From Octopus bimaculoides (lineage: Eukaryota): DNA of 55,808 bases. The notes beneath the pieces are model-generated. The model did no database searches. It saw only the letters and a list, made by a program, of their open reading frames with translations, and was not told the DNA's origin. Below are positions 23,001 to 33,148 of this stretch, one piece after another (positions within the stretch are counted from its first letter, which is position 1; the number at the start of each line of letters is the position of its first letter). Location: the NCBI RefSeq assembly GCF_001194135.2, contig NC_068991.1, positions 42,187,969 through 42,243,776 on the forward strand, read 5' to 3'. Made by a program: the position numbers and the translations under genes.

Positions 23001-23747
23001 GATGAAAGGCAAAGTCGATCTCGGCAGAATATGAACTCAAACTGTAAAGACGGATGAAATGCCGCCAAACATTTAGTTCGGCTCACTAACGATTCTGCCA
23101 ACGCGCCGTCTTTACTATCAGCAAATATACGTATTGTTCGCGTGAAGAGTGCATATTCGTTAGTAGCTTTCAGTTCTGACTGTTTTTATACAAAACAACT
23201 ATCATAAAGACAATAACAATGAGGTATTAAACTATATTTTAGAGGTGTATGAGGAAATCGATCAAAAGGGAGTTTTTACGCGGTTGCTCCAACTGCTAGA
23301 AATAGTAGTCAAATCTCTTACAAATTACAGTATTGTCTTGCAAGAATAGCATTTGAATTTGATCCTAAGATAAACAACCAGAATGAACAAGCAACCTATA
23401 TACAAACTTTATTTTACTGAACATGAATTTTTTTTTTTTTTTTTTCCCCAATATTTCTATGGCAAAGTTTTGTCTCGTGGTGATTTAATTGAAGGTGCTG
23501 CTACGGCATTCGGCATTACGTTTTAGGATTATAAAAAGAAACATGTTAGTGTTACGCTCATGCAATTCAAAATTGAAATATTATCTATAACCTGGAAGCG
23601 AAATAGTATTACATGAAGCAAATCAAGAATTTATGAATATGTAAATATATTACCACAATCTTTGAACTCTAAGGAACCTTTGGCGAGGGCTAAAGTTGAC
23701 ATAACAAGTAACAAACTCCAAAACATGCGAACTGATGCCATCGTCAT
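4130..23747 (-). CDS. NPC2: NPC2-like (ML / MD-2-related lipid-recognition domain) gene span, 4 coding exons, 152 aa
   Basis: Spliced translation: [152 protein letters not shown]. It has a signal peptide, an FKDCG start of the mature domain, six Cys and PFP / YPS / KW / FCF motifs. All introns are GT-AG with phases 1,1,0. Confidence 0.93.
4416..5877 (+). mobile_element. tRNA-derived SINE family B (CORE-like centre), interrupted by an RTE LINE and a gap
   Basis: A-box TGGCTGTGTGG, B-box GGTTCAGTCCC, central ccttgggcaagtgtcttctactatagc, internal (TA)/(TG) microsatellite, 3' …gactgaaacaagtaaaagagt. Confidence 0.8.
4591..4744 (-). mobile_element. RTE LINE 3' end with (ATC)n tail, inserted in the SINE microsatellite
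   Basis: Nearly identical to LINE 3' ends at 16520-16670, 20043-20195, 25127-25278 and 47050-47210. Continues into gap 4745-5628. Confidence 0.85.
5889..6410 (+). mobile_element. SINE family B copy split by an older RTE 3' fragment (about 5999-6310, - strand)
   Basis: SINE head at 5889-5998 and body resuming at about 6310. The intervening (ATC)n-tailed sequence resembles the RTE 3' end. Confidence 0.65.
6636..7296. mobile_element. Non-autonomous DNA transposon family C, copy 2 (contains assembly gap 6832-6858)
   Basis: Same internal sequence as 2601-3076. Confidence 0.75.
9930..10747. repeat. About 320-bp tandem repeat (2 full + 1 partial unit) preceded by an inverted partial unit
   Basis: Units start at ctgca(a/g)tgaatttg at 10046, 10369 and 10687. 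The segment 9930-10044 is the reverse complement of a unit end/start. Confidence 0.85.
11147..11770 (-). mobile_element. SINE family B copy with a PLE-derived insert in its microsatellite
   Basis: Reverse complement of the family B head (11690-11770) and tail (11147-11340). Confidence 0.75.
11368..11577 (+). mobile_element. Short, CpG-retaining element resembling a Penelope pseudo-LTR, with a hammerhead-like motif
   Basis: Flanked by (TA)n. Contains TTGAAGAG-CGTAGCT-CGAAACGTC. Assignment to PLE is inferred from this motif. Confidence 0.5.
12195..12350 (+). mobile_element. Mariner transposase C-terminal fragment
   Basis: Frameshifted pieces read LKGSCFEDE…KWLECY…LKGSYFEGD*, typical of mariner C-termini. 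Confidence 0.65.
13236..13411 (-). CDS. NPC2: NPC2-like exon 3
   Basis: Acceptor ctttttcttttcag|AA and donor TCT|GTAAGT. 176 nt encoding (K)[58 protein letters not shown]. Confidence 0.95.
13690..13925 (+). mobile_element. Degenerate IS630/Tc1/mariner-superfamily DDE transposase fragment
   Basis: Frameshifted reading …[28 protein letters not shown]…[12 protein letters not shown], containing a first-catalytic-Asp-like YMDES motif. Confidence 0.5.
13955..14342 (-). mobile_element. Young full-length tRNA-derived SINE family C with 13-bp TSD
   Basis: Head GTGGAGGCGCAATGGCCCAGTGGTTAGGGC…GGTTTTGATTCC, (CAA)n tail, CpGs intact. TSD aaaggattctgat at 13942-13954 and 14343-14355. Confidence 0.9.
14663..15271. 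mobile_element. piggyBac-type MITE (TTAA TSD)
   Basis: TTAA|CCCTGTA…ATTAGTCAC … GTGACTAATACAGGG|TTAA. Confidence 0.7.
15276..15478. mobile_element. piggyBac-type MITE family B, 5'-damaged
   Basis: Ends ggtaccaaaaggg|ttta. Internal sequence is similar to the host element at 51324-51764. Confidence 0.55.
15480..15765 (-). mobile_element. SINE family B copy
   Basis: Reverse complement of the family B head and body, with an internal (CA)n tract. Confidence 0.7.
16150..16670 (+). mobile_element. RTE LINE 3' fragment (ORF end, subrepeat-rich 3' UTR, (GAT)n tail)
   Basis: [22 protein letters not shown]…[14 protein letters not shown] end, internal subrepeats, and the shared 3' end. Confidence 0.9.
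16950..19197 (+). mobile_element. Degenerate hAT (ZMYM1-like) transposon
   Basis: ORF 18525-19037 carries the hAT dimerisation domain ([41 protein letters not shown]). Upstream frames give degenerate hAT-like pieces (…VQKRLQD…). 3' TIR-like cctagctacgccc at about 19185-19197. Confidence 0.85.
19236..19808 (+). mobile_element. Two adjacent RTE ORF2 C-terminal fragments
   Basis: [10 protein letters not shown]…[16 protein letters not shown]…[21 protein letters not shown] appears twice (19236-19469 and about 19513-19808). Ends at the N gap. Confidence 0.9.
20043..20195 (-). mobile_element. 5'-truncated RTE 3' end
   Basis: (ATC)n tail next to (TA)n, about 150 bp, nearly identical to the other young copies. 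Confidence 0.85.
20200..20378 (-). mobile_element. SINE family B copy (head and core)
   Basis: …ctttcagtttctgtcaaccagatccactcacaaggc…gggactgacccaggaaccatgtggttgg…. Confidence 0.7.
20608..20715 (-). CDS. NPC2: NPC2-like exon 2
   Basis: Acceptor ttttctttttcttccag|G and donor A|GTAAAGT. 108 nt encoding (G)[35 protein letters not shown], the same length as human NPC2 exon 2. Confidence 0.95.
21280..22398 (-). mobile_element. Older RTE-like LINE fragment
   Basis: Degenerate RT C-terminal sequence (reverse complement of …[13 protein letters not shown]… and …RLPWFGHVI…) plus a diverged 3' end. Confidence 0.6.
22399..22624. mobile_element. MITE with about 40-bp CpG-rich TIRs and TA TSD
   Basis: ta|ttactcgaaagatcgcgcgtccgcgctagctagtcgtgag … cccatgactagctagcgcggacgcgcgaactttcgagtaa|ta, with an AT-rich interior. 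Confidence 0.85.
22895..23114 (-). mobile_element. SINE family A copy with CpGs retained
   Basis: Same unit as 461-677 but with many intact CG dinucleotides. Confidence 0.8.
23654..23747 (-). CDS. NPC2: NPC2-like exon 1 (signal peptide + FKDC)
   Basis: 94 nt from ATG at 23747 (in-frame ATG with acgATGG context at 23741) to TGT G|GTAATA donor. Encodes [31 protein letters not shown] plus the first base of Gly. Confidence 0.92.
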
Positions 23748-24400
23748 AATTTAGGAACTGTTCGTCAATTTAATACCGAAGATTAAGAGTGCGTGTTCCG
23801 AGTTGAAAATTCAGTTAACAGTGCTGATTAACCAATAGAAGGACTGTATGAATGGGAGAGGAAGAATAAAACACCAAGAAACAAAAGCTGATACGAACAA
23901 CACAGTTGTTATTGAGTCAGAATCGGTTTATTTATAGTTTTATAAGCAGCGATGTGTGAAGAGGTCTAGCGAATGAGAAAAAGAAAGCGTAAGCTTGACA
24001 GTGTGAGGGAAAAGAAACGTGAAAAGAAAAGTAAAAAGTATGATAATAGTAATGGTTGGAGGAAAGAAGGAGCTAGATACTAACAACAATAATGATCAGG
24101 GGAGTGAATAAAAGGACAGTATGGCGTGATCTGCTAAATGCATTTTTATAGGAGAAATAAAGCACTAATGGATGCGTCATAGAATCAGCTGAGAAATACG
24201 AGAAGGTGGAGATAAAATAAAAGAAAAAGTTCATCTTCCTTTTAGATTTCAAGCACTCCCTGAGGGAGTTTTTGACTACTAAATGCTTAAATAATTTTAG
24301 TTGATCAAAATATTTCTATCTACGTTACTTATTTATGACCAGTGGTGGGCAAAGCTAACCAAAGAATTAACTTCGCAAACGCTAAACAGTAAAAAAAAAA
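23748..24400 (-). promoter_or_regulatory. Putative promoter / 5' UTR region of NPC2-like gene, with CCAAT box
   Basis: Non-repetitive region upstream of exon 1 that visibly retains CpG. AACCAATAG (NF-Y-like) at 23830-23838, about 85 nt from the ATG. Confidence 0.5.
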
Positions 24401-24409
24401 AAAATTAGC

Positions 24410-24868
24410 GATATTTAATTTTTTTCTGTTTTGTCTTTAGTCAGTATGTGTGTCGTTTCCTATTTGTTTCAATCTAGGAATCAAAGGAAATGACTACTAT
24501 TCCCTTCAAACTTTGCTTTTGTCACCTGGACATCAATGTTTAGATATCAGACAGATTCAGTGTGAAGTTACCAAAGCAGAAATATCATCATAGCAATTAT
24601 TCTGCTTTATACTACAGATTTGCTTGTCAGTTGCTTGACCTTAACTACTTGAGCATATCCCTTAGTGGCTGACATGTGCTTCTCTGATCATGAACAGGAG
24701 TAGTGGGGAAGCATCATAGCCATGTGGTGAAAGAGATTCTTTAGGGTTTAAATAAATGTAACGAAAACAAAGTTTGAACGAAACATTAGCCATTTTTCAT
24801 ACTTTCTAAGGGTAAGCAAATAGGAAATAACAGTTGCTATCCAAGAACAAAAATGATGTAACACAGTG
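24410..24868. mobile_element. Non-autonomous DNA transposon family C, copy 3
   Basis: Same internal sequence, ending aacacagtg|ta. Confidence 0.7.
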
Positions 24869-25126
24869 TAATTTATTAGCAAATGATGGAACCTGGAGAA
24901 GAGGGAAATTGAAGTGATAAAAGACGACCTGAAGATAATGCATCTCACAGAGGAGATGACAAAGAACCATACTGATTAGTGATATGCTGTGCAGCAAAAG
25001 ACTTGACTAACCATGGTGAAATGTGCTGAAGTGATGGTAGTGATAGAGGCTGAGATCTCTATAAGTGTATATATTTATACATGTGTGTGTGTTTAAGTAT
25101 ATGTATCCTGTCAAGCCTATATATAT

Positions 25127-25275
25127 ATCATCATCATCGTTTAACGTCCGCTTTCCATGCTAGCATGGGTTGGACGATTTGACTGAGGACTGGTGCAACC
25201 GGATGGCTACACCAGGCTCCGATCTAATTTGGCAGAGTTTCTACAGCTGGATGTCCTTCCAAACGCCAACCACTC

Positions 25276-25278
<3 letters not shown>
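25127..25278 (-). mobile_element. 5'-truncated RTE 3' end inside (TA)n
   Basis: (ATC)n tail, flanked by TA repeats on both sides. Confidence 0.85.
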
Positions 25279-25317
<39 letters not shown>

Positions 25318-25654
25318 ATATCTTGTTTTTTCTGAAAATTTTTCCATATTTAAAACAGGAAAAATTTAGGTAGGTCAGGTTTGTTATCATTTTGCTTTGC
25401 AATGGCAAAATTACTATTTACATTTTTGTTCCATGCTTTCGTGAATGAAGTCAAACAAAATGTCAAAAAATTAAAAAGTTTTCTAGAGTTAATATCAATG
25501 AAATGAATTAAAACTTGCTTCACAAATTCTTTTTACATAACATAAAACAAATAACAAATCTAAATCATGTAAAAAGAAAGTTATGGAAACAATTGTAATC
25601 CAGGTAGAAACAACAAGAATGGGAAGAAACACATCTATTCGACTTGACAACCAG

Positions 25655-26160
25655 TAATAATAATAATGATCCTTTCTACTAAAGGCACAAGAAATAGTGG
25701 GGGTGGGGCTAGTCAATTATATCGACCCTAGTGCATAACTGGTACTTATTTCCTTGATCCTGAAAGGATGAAAGGCTAAGTTGACCTCAGCGGAATTTGA
25801 ACTCAGAATGCAAGTACTTCCAAAATGCTGCTAAGCATTTTGTCCGGCATGCTTATGATTCTGCCAGCTTGCCACCCTAATATTTATTATTATTATTATT
25901 ATTACAACAACAACAACAACAACAACAACAACAGCAACAACAACAACAACAACAGCATAGGCCTGAAATTTTGAGAGGAGTGGGAAAATCGATTACATTG
26001 ACTTCAACCCCAGTATTGAATAGTACTTATGTTATTGACCCCAAAAGGAAGAAAGGCAAAGTTGACTTTGGCAGAATTTGAACTCAGAATGTAAAGCCTT
26101 TAGAAATACTGCTAAGCATTTTGACCAGTTTGCCAATAATTCTGCCAGCTCACCACGTTA
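25655..26160 (-). mobile_element. Two SINE family A copies separated by (ATT)n(CAA)n
   Basis: Units at about 25655-25880 and 25955-26160. Confidence 0.8.
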
Positions 26161-26445
26161 ATAATATTAATTATGTTTCCTTTATTAACCAGCATGAGTC
26201 AGTGAAAACCAGGATAGTACAGGACAATAGAATGTGAAATTATATAAAGTAATGCCCCGATATACAAGTTGATTTGTTCCCGGAGACTGCTCGTAAAGGG
26301 AAAACTTGTAAAGCAGAGCAATAATTTCCCATAGTAGCAATGTTGTAAATTGTAATTCGTTCTCAGAAAAATATTTTACCAATAAAATTTATAATATTTG
26401 TAAATAAATAAGGCAACAGTAGAATGTAAAAAATATTTTATGTAA

Positions 26446-26919
26446 AGTAAAAAGAATGTCAGGATCATTTATAATAAAAAATATTATTTTTATCATTTTC
26501 TGAATTACTTTCACTCGCACTACGCTTGTTCACATCATCACTTGTTGACGCGATCGCCGATTTACAAGCACTCATAGACAGACTTATAGATTTCTCATTA
26601 AAAAACAAATCTAGAGTTGTTTGCTTAGAAGAAACTTTTATTCCGTCGCTATATGCAGCTGTGTAGACACATCAGAACCAGTGTTACCACATGTTGCAAC
26701 ATTGCCACACACACAAAATGGCTGTTTAAACTGTTTATTTTTATATTTTAATGAGAAATCTACAAGTCTGTCTATGAGNNNNNNNNNNNNNNNNNNNTTG
26801 TAAATCGGCGATCGCGTCAACAAGTGATGATGTGAACAAGCGTAGTGCGAGTGAAAGTAATTCAGAAAATGATAAAAATAATATTTTTTATTATAAATGA
26901 TCCTGACATTCTTTTTACT
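26446..26919. mobile_element. Foldback-type element with about 160-bp TIRs and candidate 5-bp TSD (TGTAA)
   Basis: tgtaa|agtaaaaagaatgtcaggatc…aagcactcatagacagactt … aagtctgtctatgag-NNN-ttgtaaatcggcgatcgcg…gacattctttttact|tgtaa. The right arm contains gap 26779-26797. Confidence 0.7.
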
Positions 26920-26924
26920 TGTAA

Positions 26925-27205
26925 ACTTCCGATTAGAGAGCAAATATTTAAGAAAAAGTGGAAGTGGATTGGTAGCACAATTAGAAAGGACACACCAAAT
27001 GCAGCGAAAAGTGCTTTACAGTGGAATCCGGATGGATATAGAAAGAGGGGTAGGCCTAAGAACTCGTGGCATAGATCAACACAAAAGGAACTAGAGAAAG
27101 GGGGACATTCATGGCAGAGTATAAGTACAGAAGCGAGAAATTATGCAACATGGAATTCAATTATAAGTGGCCTATACTCCACGTTGGTGGGTTAAAGGCA
27201 AGAAG
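26925..27205 (+). mobile_element. RTE-like LINE ORF2 C-terminal fragment (different subfamily)
   Basis: LPIREQIFKKKWKWIGSTIRK…ALQWNPDGYRKRGRPKNSW…LYSTLVG*, a typical WxWIGH / GRPxxxW LINE C-terminus. Confidence 0.8.
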
Positions 27206-27698
27206 ATATTTTTAAGATAAAACTTGTAAACTCAGGGTATCATAAAGCGAGTCCTCATAAAGTGAGGTATTACTGTATATATATATATATTTTGTTTTGT
27301 AGTTGCTATTCTTCAGTTTTCCTTCTTGTAATCTTTCATCTAATAACTAATTATTTATGCATTAATGCAATAATTTTATTTTGTTGGTAGTACTTTCATG
27401 ATACACAGTTTAGCACCACAACTTATTCTTTCTTTGTCAACAACAAAGTTCCTTCTGATACAAACCATCAGGGCAGGTTTGATTCTAACATGTTATATTT
27501 TAACACGTTGCTTACAGCTGCACATTTCATTGCAAAGAGCACTTTTTTAGTAAAAGGCTTTGCAATATATATATCATGCTGGTGCCATGATTTAATGTAC
27601 CCACTACATTCAGTAAAATGGTTGATGTTAGGAAGGTCTCCAAGCTGTAAAAACCTCACTATAAATAAAACTTACAACTGAGACATTGTATTTGGCCC

Positions 27699-27950
27699 AT
27701 GAGATCGTGTACACACATATACAGGCTGAAATTAACTTTCTTTATCTTGCATGCTTTATGAACTGTGTTATACTATTACACTAGCCTACCCGTCGTAGTA
27801 TGGCATATATTAAAATAACAGTAAATAAATATTTCTTTACAACTTCGATCACTGTTCTTTCTTCCATCTTGCACACTGGCGGTACTGTTATATGTTAAAT
27901 TTAACCTACATCTGTTGATATATACATCTTATATTTCTTTCTGAATCATG
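27699..27950 (+). repeat. 252-bp direct repeat, copy 1
   Basis: No mismatch found by eye against 30144-30395. Confidence 0.9.
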
Positions 27951-28447
27951 AAACTGATTTGGATGGACAGACAGACAGACAGACAGATCAAGATAATGTG
28001 GTCCTAGATAAACTACATCTTACTCAAAAATGATAAGGTCAGAGTTTCAATGCTTTTGATAATAATTCTGTTCAACTATGGCTGATCTGGAGTTAAACCA
28101 CAATGGAGAGAGAGAGAGAGGCAGACAGACAGAGATAGACAGAGACAGAGACAGACAGACAAAATTTGATAGATGTTCATGTTTTATGCCAATTATTTAC
28201 TTTCTGACCTTTAGGAATGAGAGACTGGATTAATTTGACCTAAAATAATAAAAGAAAAATACATAATATTAAATTACAATTTGTTTATTTTTACAACTCA
28301 TTTTTACAGTAATTATGGAGTGAGGAACTTCATCTTCATCATTACCACCATCACCACCATCATTATTGTCATCAGCACTATAATTGCTTGACATTATTTG
28401 CTTTGAACTAGATTTCAAACATGCCTTGTTACCTTTGAAGATACACA

Positions 28448-28488
<41 letters not shown>

Positions 28489-30143
28489 ACACACACATTT
28501 CTGTTTGCCTGTCTGTCTCTCTCTTTTGGTATTATATTGTATTTATGTATTTTTGCCTGTAGATCAAAATTTAAGACCAAATTTGAAACAGAACACAAAT
28601 TTAACCTCCACCTCATAATATGAGGATATGTATGTTCAAAACTGAATTATCATATAGTTCAAATATTAACTCCAAAACATATCATCATCTTTACAGGTTT
28701 AGCATCTTTGTTCATGTTTATATGGATCACATCTTATTGAGGCAGATTTTCTGTGGCTAGATGCTCTTCTTGTTGACAACTCTCACCGATTTCCATGGAA
28801 GATTGGAACCAAGTGACATTACTTCTTTGACAGTGACACTCATTTAAAACTATTTTGCAACATCAAGGCAAGAAGGCATAAGCACACGCACACTAATCTA
28901 ATGAAAATTATTAAAAAAAGGGGTATTTTCTCAACCTCTGACAATCCATTGAAATGAATTGACAAATAAACTATCTGCTGAAAGACGTGTCCAACAAAGT
29001 ATGTTTATCAAAAGCAAATATTAAACAATGTCAATGTTGTAAAGTTTGTAAATCAGTCACAATATTTAAACTTTGATAACAATAACATCAACAACAACAA
29101 ATATGCTGACTGAGAAGAATTAGTTATGTTGGTAGAATCTGTCGCTTATTTTCCTATTGCATCACAGCAGCTGAATTGAGAATATATGACCCAACAGACT
29201 GACAAGTTAACAATTTGTGATATATGGCTGTTACGGTGTTTTATCTCTGAAACTATAACAATTCACGTTCAATGCTTTTAATCTATCTTACTTCAATCGT
29301 CTAACAGGTATCTTGAGAGAGGAGTGAATTAACAGAGTTTCAAATTAAGCAACACCAATCCCCACCCACCACGCCCATCTCCATAATGTTTATTTCTGTT
29401 TCATCATCACTTTAACATCCACTTTTCCATGATTGCATAGGTTGGTAAGAATTTGTTGGGATAGATTTTCAATGGCCTAACGATGCCTTTTCTATCTCCA
29501 ACCCTCACCTGTTTCCAAGTGAGATAACATTTTCCCATGGCTGGACAAATTTTCATGGAAGATTGGAAGCACAAAGAGCACTGCTTGCAGGAGTGTGAGG
29601 CTCGTTTATAACAATCACTCGATGTCAAAACAAGGGGACAGAAACATACATATGTAATGATTTCATGCAGGCATAGCATGGATTCAATCCTCAATAGCCA
29701 AATTTCACTTAATAGTTCAACAGCACTTTTCTCATGGTAAAACAATAGGTTTTTTTGTGAGCGACAGCAGTTACATTTGCCAGATGCTTTCACTAAGCAG
29801 AATAATGTCTTTGCCACTTGACCCTTCTAGCCTCTTCTAGGCCACCAAAAGCTAGAACAGAGTTGACAGACCGCCAACAAAATCTATAGTTCTCAATAAT
29901 ATGTCTATCCTTCTGACTGGTTTTGGATAGTTATAAAAACAAGAACTCCGTAAGCCAAAGTCAGTTTGTGAGAACCAAGTCTGGCTGCCCAGCTGAACAA
30001 AGTGCTGTCTCTGAAGGAAAAGGCACAATGGGACAACTATGGTAACTCATGAATGAAGCAGTTATTTCATCCCACCACTCTCACTTTCACTAACTCACTT
30101 TCTTTTCTCTGTAACATTACCATATCTCTTTATATATACTACT

Positions 30144-30395
30144 ATGAGATCGTGTACACACATATACAGGCTGAAATTAACTTTCTTTATCTTGCATGCT
30201 TTATGAACTGTGTTATACTATTACACTAGCCTACCCGTCGTAGTATGGCATATATTAAAATAACAGTAAATAAATATTTCTTTACAACTTCGATCACTGT
30301 TCTTTCTTCCATCTTGCACACTGGCGGTACTGTTATATGTTAAATTTAACCTACATCTGTTGATATATACATCTTATATTTCTTTCTGAATCATG
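30144..30395 (+). repeat. 252-bp direct repeat, copy 2
   Basis: No mismatch found by eye against 27699-27950. Confidence 0.9.
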
Positions 30396-30711
30396 TTTTT
30401 GAAACACGTGCAAATTGACATGGCAAAGATATTAATCATTCTCTATTCAGTTCATGATTGAGAGAGTTTTAATTTGGTCATGCATTTTATCTGTCTCTTT
30501 TATCTGTTATTTGTTTCATTCATTAGACTGTGGCCATGCTGGGGCACCACCTTCAAGAATTTTAGTCAAATGAGTCGCCCCCAGCACTCATCTTTTTTTA
30601 AGCCTGGTACTTATTCTATCTGTCTCTTTTGCTGAACTGTAAAGTTACACACCAACACTGGTTGTCAAGCGGTGGTGGGGGACAAACACAGACCCCCCCA
30701 CACACACACAG

Positions 30712-31925
30712 ATATTGAGTCATCCTATAAATAATGCAGTGTTTTCAATTGCATGAACTAAAAGTCAGAGGGGGGATGGAATAAAGCACCTGCATCAACT
30801 TGCTATAAACGCAGATATTAATTTTACTTTGTTCTTATTCTTAATGCAAGTTTTGAAGAGTGCGGCTTGATTTTAATAGTTATTTTCTCAAAGCTATAAT
30901 GGAAGTGACAAAGGAGCATATTCGGCATATTTTGCTTTATGAGTTCAATAAATGCAACAACACAATGGAAAGTGCAAGGAATATCAATGCAGTCTATGGA
31001 GATCAGATAATAAGTGTAAGCCAGTGTCAACGGTGCTTCCAGAAATTCTAAGTCAGAAACTACAGCCTAGAAAACGAGCCTTGTCCTGAAAGAAATGTAG
31101 AGCTTGATGAGGATGTCCTGCAAACTGTGGCGGAACAAAATCCCATCATAACTGTTGAGGAATTAGCAGAGAAGCTTCGATTTGGTCATTCAACCATTCA
31201 TCGACACTTGCATGCCATCAGAAAAGTCAGTAAATTGGGTCAATGGGATCTTCACAAACTTTCCAAATCTAATCGCGTGCAGAGAGTTAATGTGTGCTCT
31301 TCTTTGCTGTCACATCTCACAAATGAACCTTTTTTTGACTGAATAGTGACTGGTGATGAGAAATGGGTTCCCTATTAAAATGTCAAGCACTGAAGACAGT
31401 GGATAGGGAAAGGAGAAAAATGGCACCCCAGGCTAAAGAGGGTCTTTACCCACGTAAGGTTTTGCTATCTGTTTGGTGAGATATGAAAGGTTTAGGCCAC
31501 ATTGAACTTTTAAACCCAAACCAAGCAATAACAAAGGAGATCTACTGCAAGTAGCTTGAGCAGCTTAAGTCAGCGCTAGAAGAAAAACGACGATCTTTGG
31601 TTTCATGATGAAAGGTATTCTTCCATCAGGATAATGTTCTGTCACATACAGCAAAGATAACATTCCAAAGGCTGGAGCAATTTGAATGGGAAATGATGCT
31701 CCACCCACTATATTCACTGAACATTTCCCCATCTGATTATTATTTATTCTGCAGTCTTCAAAATCATTTGGATAGAAAAATATGAATTCTGTCAACAAGG
31801 CCAGAACAGTAGTGGAGGAGTATTTTTCATCATGGACAGGTGAATTTTGGAAGAGGAGCTCTGCAAGTCTACCAGAAAGATGAAAGAGCACTGTAGAAAA
31901 TGAAGGAGAGTATATTTTAGATTAA
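30712..31925 (+). mobile_element. Near full-length degenerate mariner element (transposase 30899-31925)
   Basis: MEVTKEHIRHILLYEF…; QNPIITVEELAEKL; KLGQWDLHKL (WVPHEL variant); IVTGDEKW; FHQDN; YSLNISPSDYYLF; ENEGEYILD*. Multiple stops and frameshifts. Confidence 0.92.
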
Positions 31926-31944
31926 AAAAGAATTCTGTTTATAT

Positions 31945-33148
31945 TCATCATCATCATCATCATCATCATCATTTAACGCCCGCTTTACATGCTGGCATGG
32001 GTTGGATGATTTGACTGAGGACTAATGAACCAGAAGGCTGCACCAGGCTCCAATCTGATCTGGGAGAGTTTCTACAGCTGGATGCCCTTCCTAACACCAA
32101 CCACTCCAAGAGTGTAGTGGGTGCTTTTACGTGCCACCAGCATGAGGGCCAGTCAGACAGTACTGGCAACAGCCATGCTCGAAGGTGTTTTTATGTACTA
32201 CCTGCACAAGAGCCAGTCCAGCAGAACTGGCAACGACCTTGCTCAAATGTTTTGTTCATGTGCCACAGGCACAAGTGCCAGTGAGGCAACGCTGGTAATG
32301 ATCACGCTCAAATGGTGCTTTTTACGTGCCACCAGCATGGAAGCCAGACAGCTGCTCTAGCAACGATCATGCTCAGATGGTGCTCTTTGCACTCCACTAG
32401 CACGGATGCCAGTAATCGAATTTGATTTCGATTTCAATTTCACTTGCCTCAACAGGTCTTCGCAAGCAGAGTTTAGTGTCCAATGAAGGAAAGGTATGCA
32501 TAAGTGAGCTGGTTACACCCCTGGCTTAGGTCACAGGTCTTCTTGCCTGGTCTTCTCATGCACAGCATATTTCCAAAGGTCTCAGTCACTAGTCATTGCC
32601 TCGGTGAGGCCCAATGTTCGAAGGTTGTGCTTCACCACCTCATCCCAGGTCTTTCTGGGTCTACCTCTTCCACAGGTTCCCTCAACCGCTAAGGTGTGGC
32701 ACTTTTTCACACAGCTATCCTCATCCATTCTCGCCACATGTCTATACCAGCGCAAACGTCTTTCTTGCAAACCACATCTGATGCTTCTTAGGTTCAACTT
32801 TTCTCTCAAGGTACTTACACTCTGTCTAGTATGCACACTGACATTACACATCCATTGGAGCATACTGGCTTTGTTTCTTGCAAGCTTACGCATGTCCTCA
32901 GCATGTTTCACTGCCATGCAGCATGGTTGTTTGTATACATGCATCATACAGTCTGCCTTTTACTCTGAGAGGCCCTTTATCACTAGCAGAGGTAAGAGCT
33001 CTCTGAACTTTGCCCAGACTATTCTTATTCTAACAGCTATACTTTCAGCACACCCTCCCCCACTACTAACTTGGTCACCTAGATAGCGGAAGCTATCAAC
33101 TACGTCTAGTTTTTCTCCATGGAATGTGGCAGAAGTTGTTTTCTGCAC
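31945..33148 (-). mobile_element. RTE LINE 3' portion with (ATC)n tail
   Basis: ORF pieces 32582-33148 (RRLRWYRHVARMDEDSCVKKC…GRGRPRKTWDEVV), 3' UTR subrepeats and tail. Confidence 0.9.
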
